A stretch of 64,000 nt of DNA from an uncultured Desulfospira sp. (GTDB taxonomy: Bacteria > Desulfobacterota > Desulfobacteria > Desulfobacterales > Desulfobacteraceae): contig OY760175.1 in NCBI GenBank assembly GCA_963663165.1, positions 1,632,001 to 1,696,000 on the forward strand. Direction: 5' to 3'. The notes beneath the pieces were generated by a model that saw only the letters and a program-made list of their open reading frames with translations, did not search any database and was not told the origin of the DNA. The translations under genes were made by a program, and so were the position numbers. This document shows, one piece after another, positions 59,560 to 64,000 of this stretch (its first letter is position 1; every line of letters starts with the position of its first letter).

Positions 59560-59805
59560 CCAAAGTCAAGGCAAAAATGGAATCCGTTTCCGCCTGGGCG
59601 GCACCGGGCAGCACTATGCCGGCAACGGCCTGGGCCGCAGGGGTCATGAACTTGTCATGGACCACGCTAAAGAACCGCTTGCGCACGGTTTCACAATGCC
59701 GTTTGGAATCTTGGGCCGTGCCGTCTACAAAGGGGCTGGTAAACCAAAAGAGCGCCTTAATGGGGGTAAGGGCTGCCGCTTTCCATCTGTTCCAGGACGG
59801 TCCCT
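59560..59805 (-). pseudogene. Remnant of a molybdopterin (DMSO-reductase family) oxidoreductase
   Basis: VLEQMESGSPYP / frameshift / IKALF...FSVVHDKFMTPAAQAVAGIVLPGAAQAETD. Confidence 0.65.
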
Positions 59806-59822
59806 GGTAACGGATAAATCAA

Positions 59823-61094
59823 TCATCGCCCATGGGTACCCGTGGCTTTGCCCGCTTTTTCCCAGGCCTTTTCCATGGCCGCAATCAACGGCAGTTTATC
59901 ACCGCTAAGAAAGCGCACCATGGCCCCGCCGGCGGTGCAGATGTAATCAATCTTTGAAAGATCAGTGAACCGGGATGCGGCACTCACACTGTCTCCGCCG
60001 CCAATAATACTGTAACCGGGCGCATCGGCAATGGCTCGCCACAGCTGCCTTGTGCCGGCGGCCCATTTGTCATCTTCAAAAGCGCCGGCAGGGCCGTTGA
60101 CAAAAACGGTGCCGGCCGTTGCAATGACCTGCCGGTATCGGTCAATGGTCCCGCTGCCGATATCCGGAAACAATACCGGCGGCAATGCCGCGGCAACGCC
60201 CGTTTCAGCCCGGCCTCCGTTGCCGTCATCGTATGCCAGGTCCTCAGGGAAGCGGATTTTCCCGGGGTAAGCGTTCAGATACTGCCTGGCCGGCCGGATA
60301 AACAGATCCAGGCTGCGCTTTTCTAAAAAGTCCTTGACGGCAGGGCCTAAATCTATGCCATGGGCCATGAGAAACACCAGGCCCGTGACACCGGCGGTCA
60401 GGATCATGTCCGCACTGCCGTTGGACAGGACCTGTTCCATCATTCCAAAGGCATCGGAAATCTTAGCCCCGCCAAGCAGAAAGACCGTCGGCCTGGCAGG
60501 CCTTTCCATCAGCGAGGACAGCACGCTGACCTCTTCAAAAAAGAGCCGGCCGGCCGCCGAGGGCAGCACCTCCTGAAAGGCCACCATACTCGGGGCATTC
60601 CGGTGGGCCGCCGCAAACGCGTCATTGACATAACAGTCAAACAATGGCGAAAGGCTGCGGACAATCCAGGTGCCGGCCATTTCTCCGGCTGTCAGGGGGA
60701 CATTGTTTTCAAAGGTGCTGACCTCTTCGGTCAGATACCGCAGGTTTCCTAAAATTACCAGGTCCCCGGGACCAAGTGCGGCCACGGCTTCTCTGGCAGC
60801 CGGCCCGCACACATCGTCGATATAGCCGACATGCCGCCCCAATAATCGGGTCAGGCGCGCCGCATGTTCAGCTAAGGGAATCAGGTTCTGATAGTCCAGG
60901 GTATCTCCCTGGTGGGCAATGATGGCGACGGCCGCCCCCTGGCCGATAAGGTATGCCAGGGTGGGCAGGCTTTTTTTAAGTCGGTTGTCATTGACAATGG
61001 TTTTGGTCTCAGGCTCCAGGGGAGAATTGATGTCAAGGCGGACCAGGACCTTTTTTTGGTACACATCAAGTTGTTTCAGGCTTAAAATTTTCAT
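59823..61094 (-). CDS. pgk: Phosphoglycerate kinase family protein
   Basis: RLDINSP, NDAFAAAHR, LGGAK, NGP.G.FE, GGGDS, TAGGA; start MKILSL. Confidence 0.9.
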   Translation of the reverse strand: MKILSLKQLDVYQKKVLVRLDINSPLEPETKTIVNDNRLKKSLPTLAYLIGQGAAVAIIAHQGDTLDYQNLIPLAEHAARLTRLLGRHVGYIDDVCGPAAREAVAALGPGDLVILGNLRYLTEEVSTFENNVPLTAGEMAGTWIVRSLSPLFDCYVNDAFAAAHRNAPSMVAFQEVLPSAAGRLFFEEVSVLSSLMERPARPTVFLLGGAKISDAFGMMEQVLSNGSADMILTAGVTGLVFLMAHGIDLGPAVKDFLEKRSLDLFIRPARQYLNAYPGKIRFPEDLAYDDGNGGRAETGVAAALPPVLFPDIGSGTIDRYRQVIATAGTVFVNGPAGAFEDDKWAAGTRQLWRAIADAPGYSIIGGGDSVSAASRFTDLSKIDYICTAGGAMVRFLSGDKLPLIAAMEKAWEKAGKATGTHGR

Positions 61095-61407
61095 GTCAGT
61101 TCCATGCCCGCAGGGCAATCATATGTGACCTTGCTACTGTTTAACTTTACCCAATGCCATGTCAGTGCGCAGCACGGACACGCTGTCCTGCTCAACTCCA
61201 AAAGTTTAAAATTTTGTTAAGCTTATTTTGGGGGAAATAATATCTCCAATTAAGCAGGGAGACCGGAAACCGGAGACAGCGGACCGGATAGCAAATTCGT
61301 CGGATTGGCATCTTGCTCTGAATAGTTTGAGCAAGGGCAAGAAAACCAACCTTGTTGAGCGGGCCAAGCCCACAATTTATAAAACCAGGGGGTTAAAGAA
61401 GCATAAA

Positions 61408-62892
61408 TCAACCTTTTAATATGTCATACCAGGGTTTTTCAACTTCCCCGGTGGTGTCGATATAGATATGTTTGGTCAGGGTGTACTCTTCCAGAACCAT
61501 TTTGGACAGGTCCTTGCCCCAGCCCGATTCCTTGCACCCGCCCCATGGGGTATCGCAAAAAACAATCAGGTGCTCATTGATCCAGACGGTGCCGGCCTTG
61601 ATCTGCCCGGCCAGCCGGATGGCCGTTGCCGTATTTTTGCTCCAGACCGATGCCGACAACCCAAACGGTGTATCGTTCACCATGTTTACGGCATCTTGGG
61701 TCTCTTTGAACTTACAAAGCCCGGCCACAGGCCCGAAGATTTCCTCTCGCATAAACGGGGCGTTGTGGTCACAGTCTTTGAATATGGTGGGGGCCACAAA
61801 AAATCCGTCCTGGGTCTGTTCGGTTGCCGGGCGTTCTCCGCCCAACAGCAATGTGGCCCCGCTTTGTCTGGCATTTTCAATATAGCCTTCGACTTTATCC
61901 CTGTGGGCCTCATAAGCCACAGGCCCGATAACGGTTTCCATTTTTTCAGGATCACCCATCACCAGTTTTTTGGCCTCATCCGCAAATTTCTGGGCAAAGG
62001 ACTCATAAACGGATTCATGAATGTAAAACCGGCTGGCAGCGGCGCACACCTGTCCTGAATTGAAAAAAGCCCCAAAAACAGCCCCCTGAACCGCGGCATC
62101 CACATCAGCATCCGCCAGGACCACAAATGCGTTTTTCCCGCCCAGTTCCAGCCCGACCGGTTTGACATTATCGGCCGCCAGAGCCATGATCCGTTTTCCC
62201 GTGGACGTGTCTCCGGTAAAACCGATTTTGGCCACTTTGGGGTGTTTCACCAGGGCTTCGCCGATTTTGGCCCCGGGTCCGGGGATCACATTCACCACCC
62301 CGGCAGGGGCCCCGGCCTCGGTAAAGATCTCAGCCAGCTTCAAGGTGGTCAGCGGCGCAATGGACGGCGGTTTGATCACGCAGGTATTCCCGGTGACCAG
62401 GGCCGCACCAAGCTTCCAGACCACCATCAGGGCCGGAAAATTCCAGGGGGTAATCAGACCGACCACCCCTAAGGGCTCGTGAACCGTGGCGGACAGGCAC
62501 CAGGGACCCACGGGCAGGGTATCCCCGGTCATGGCCCGGGCCACACCGGCAAAATATTCAAGCTGCTCCGCACAAAGGGGCACATCAAAGTTCATGGTCT
62601 TGCGCAAGGGAGAGCCGTGCTCCATGGTCTCAAGCCTGGCCAGTTCCTCTTGTTTTTCCATGATCAGTTCAGAGGCTTTGAGCAATACTTTTGACCGGTC
62701 CGCCACCGGCGTGTCTGCCCATGCCGTGCCGCTCTTTTGAGCCGCGTCAACCGCCTTGTTCAAATCATCAATGCCGCAGCAGGCGACCCGGGCAACAACC
62801 TTCCCGTTGGCCGGATTGATAACGGGCGTCTTTTGTCCGTCCGTTGCGTCCACCCAGCAGCCGTTGATAAATGCCTTGTAATATTCCGTCAT
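61408..62892 (-). CDS. NAD-dependent aldehyde dehydrogenase
   Basis: PWNFP, FTG, LELGGK, GQVCAA, EEIFGPV. Confidence 0.95.
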   Translation of the reverse strand: MTEYYKAFINGCWVDATDGQKTPVINPANGKVVARVACCGIDDLNKAVDAAQKSGTAWADTPVADRSKVLLKASELIMEKQEELARLETMEHGSPLRKTMNFDVPLCAEQLEYFAGVARAMTGDTLPVGPWCLSATVHEPLGVVGLITPWNFPALMVVWKLGAALVTGNTCVIKPPSIAPLTTLKLAEIFTEAGAPAGVVNVIPGPGAKIGEALVKHPKVAKIGFTGDTSTGKRIMALAADNVKPVGLELGGKNAFVVLADADVDAAVQGAVFGAFFNSGQVCAAASRFYIHESVYESFAQKFADEAKKLVMGDPEKMETVIGPVAYEAHRDKVEGYIENARQSGATLLLGGERPATEQTQDGFFVAPTIFKDCDHNAPFMREEIFGPVAGLCKFKETQDAVNMVNDTPFGLSASVWSKNTATAIRLAGQIKAGTVWINEHLIVFCDTPWGGCKESGWGKDLSKMVLEEYTLTKHIYIDTTGEVEKPWYDILKG

Positions 62893-62927
62893 TGTCTCTT
62901 CCTTCCTTTAGGGTATGGCCGTTGTAT

Positions 62928-63953
62928 TTATCGTGGGCAAAGGTTCAGGTACTGGTTGGTTTTGGCAAGCCCGTCCTCTCTTATGGTCTGCATTTTTGTG
63001 GCAGCCCGGACCGCATCAATGTTTTCCGGAATCACCACCGCTTCCTGGGGAATGTTGATGGCGAACATGATGTCGGCACCGGATTTAACCACACTTTCCT
63101 CAAAGACCGCAATTTCATACATATCCCCCCGGGGATTGCCCAGATCCCGGGCATATTTAAACAAACTGGCATTGCCCAAAAAGCCGTCTTCAATGCGCAC
63201 CACCCGGATCCGGGAATGGGCCCGGAAAATCTCTATCAATTTTTCTTTTGAGATATCCTGTCTGGTGGTGACCACGGGAACAATAATATGGCCGCATGTC
63301 ACCGGGGTATGGACCAGAATACCGGTGGCATCCACATGGGGCATGATGGTTTTCAGGTCCACGGCCTGATGATTGGGCGCCGGATCAACCTTCAGGGCAT
63401 CGGTCAGCCCGCGGTGGTAGTCGCCGGGATCAGACACCCGCCGGATAATGGTGATGGCGGTCTTAACGACCCCGGCTTCCCGGTCAATGGCGTCAATGGC
63501 CCGGATCAGGCCCGTGGTGTTGCAGCTGGTCAGTTTGAGATAATCCGCGCCCACGCCTTTTTCGTAATTGGCATACCCATGGAAAAAAATGTCCGCCACC
63601 TCGTTTTTCTCTCCGCCCTGAAACACGGCTTTGGTGTTGTACTGTTGATACACGGTTTTGTTTTTGGCCCCGATACCGGCGCTGGCGGCGTCCAGCATGA
63701 TGTCGGCCTCCTGAACCAGCGCCTCAAGGGTGCCGCTGACCGTGACGCCGGTCCGGGTCAGCAGGTCTATGTTTTCAGGTTGCGCGGTAAAAAATTTATA
63801 GGGCATGCCCCGTTCGGCAAGGGCGCGCACCGGCAGGGTCGGCGCGATATCCGCCACGCCGATAAGTTCCATGTCCTCCTGACGGCTGACACCGTCAGCC
63901 AGACGCTGTCCGATGACGCCGTAACCGGCGACACCGACTTTTACTTTGGTCAT
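62928..63953 (-). CDS. Type II (archaeal-type) glyceraldehyde-3-phosphate dehydrogenase family protein
   Basis: GYGVIG.R.AD, FQGGEK, SCNTTGL, RR..DP, PENIDA.RA. Confidence 0.9.
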   Translation of the reverse strand: MTKVKVGVAGYGVIGQRLADGVSRQEDMELIGVADIAPTLPVRALAERGMPYKFFTAQPENIDLLTRTGVTVSGTLEALVQEADIMLDAASAGIGAKNKTVYQQYNTKAVFQGGEKNEVADIFFHGYANYEKGVGADYLKLTSCNTTGLIRAIDAIDREAGVVKTAITIIRRVSDPGDYHRGLTDALKVDPAPNHQAVDLKTIMPHVDATGILVHTPVTCGHIIVPVVTTRQDISKEKLIEIFRAHSRIRVVRIEDGFLGNASLFKYARDLGNPRGDMYEIAVFEESVVKSGADIMFAINIPQEAVVIPENIDAVRAATKMQTIREDGLAKTNQYLNLCPR

Positions 63954-64000
63954 GTTATCTGTCTCCTGAATTTTTTTTGGTTCAGGCTCAATGGGTGAAA

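Noticed and set aside
61120..61400. sigma54 -24/-12 promoter for pgk
   Set aside because: No TGGCAC-N5-TTGC-like site found.
6100..63998. Numerous long antisense or alternate-frame ORFs (e.g. 10607-11407, 63288-63998)
   Set aside because: Shadows of GC-rich real genes, with no motifs or RBS.

Overview
64-kb bacterial chromosomal window. Gene content and the heptamer-type intergenic repeats suggest a Desulfobacteraceae-like sulfate reducer (inference). The left ~36 kb is an iron/metal homeostasis island: NiCoT/RcnA-like transporter + DUF1007, flavodoxin, VKOR-DsbA, a ferrosome (fez)-like cluster with three P1B ATPases and several small Gly/Ala-rich membrane proteins, a tandem FeoA-domain protein, a MoxR-type AAA+/VWA pair, feoAB, a STAS-HK-RR(GGDEF/EAL) module and a DUF2325 protein. 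Many of its promoters carry a shared TTAG-N6-CTAA palindrome, and it contains a candidate ~155-nt sRNA with an anti-Shine-Dalgarno motif. The right part holds signalling genes, hrpB (apparent ATT start), YcaO-TPR, higBA, a UGA-recoded (selenocysteine) DsbA/FrnE protein missed by the ORF track, a large sigma54 activator, a molybdopterin-oxidoreductase remnant and a type II GAPDH-ALDH-PGK set. Several palindromic intergenic repeat families occur. No rRNA, tRNA, CRISPR array or intact transposase was seen. All family calls come from motif recognition by eye, without database searches.
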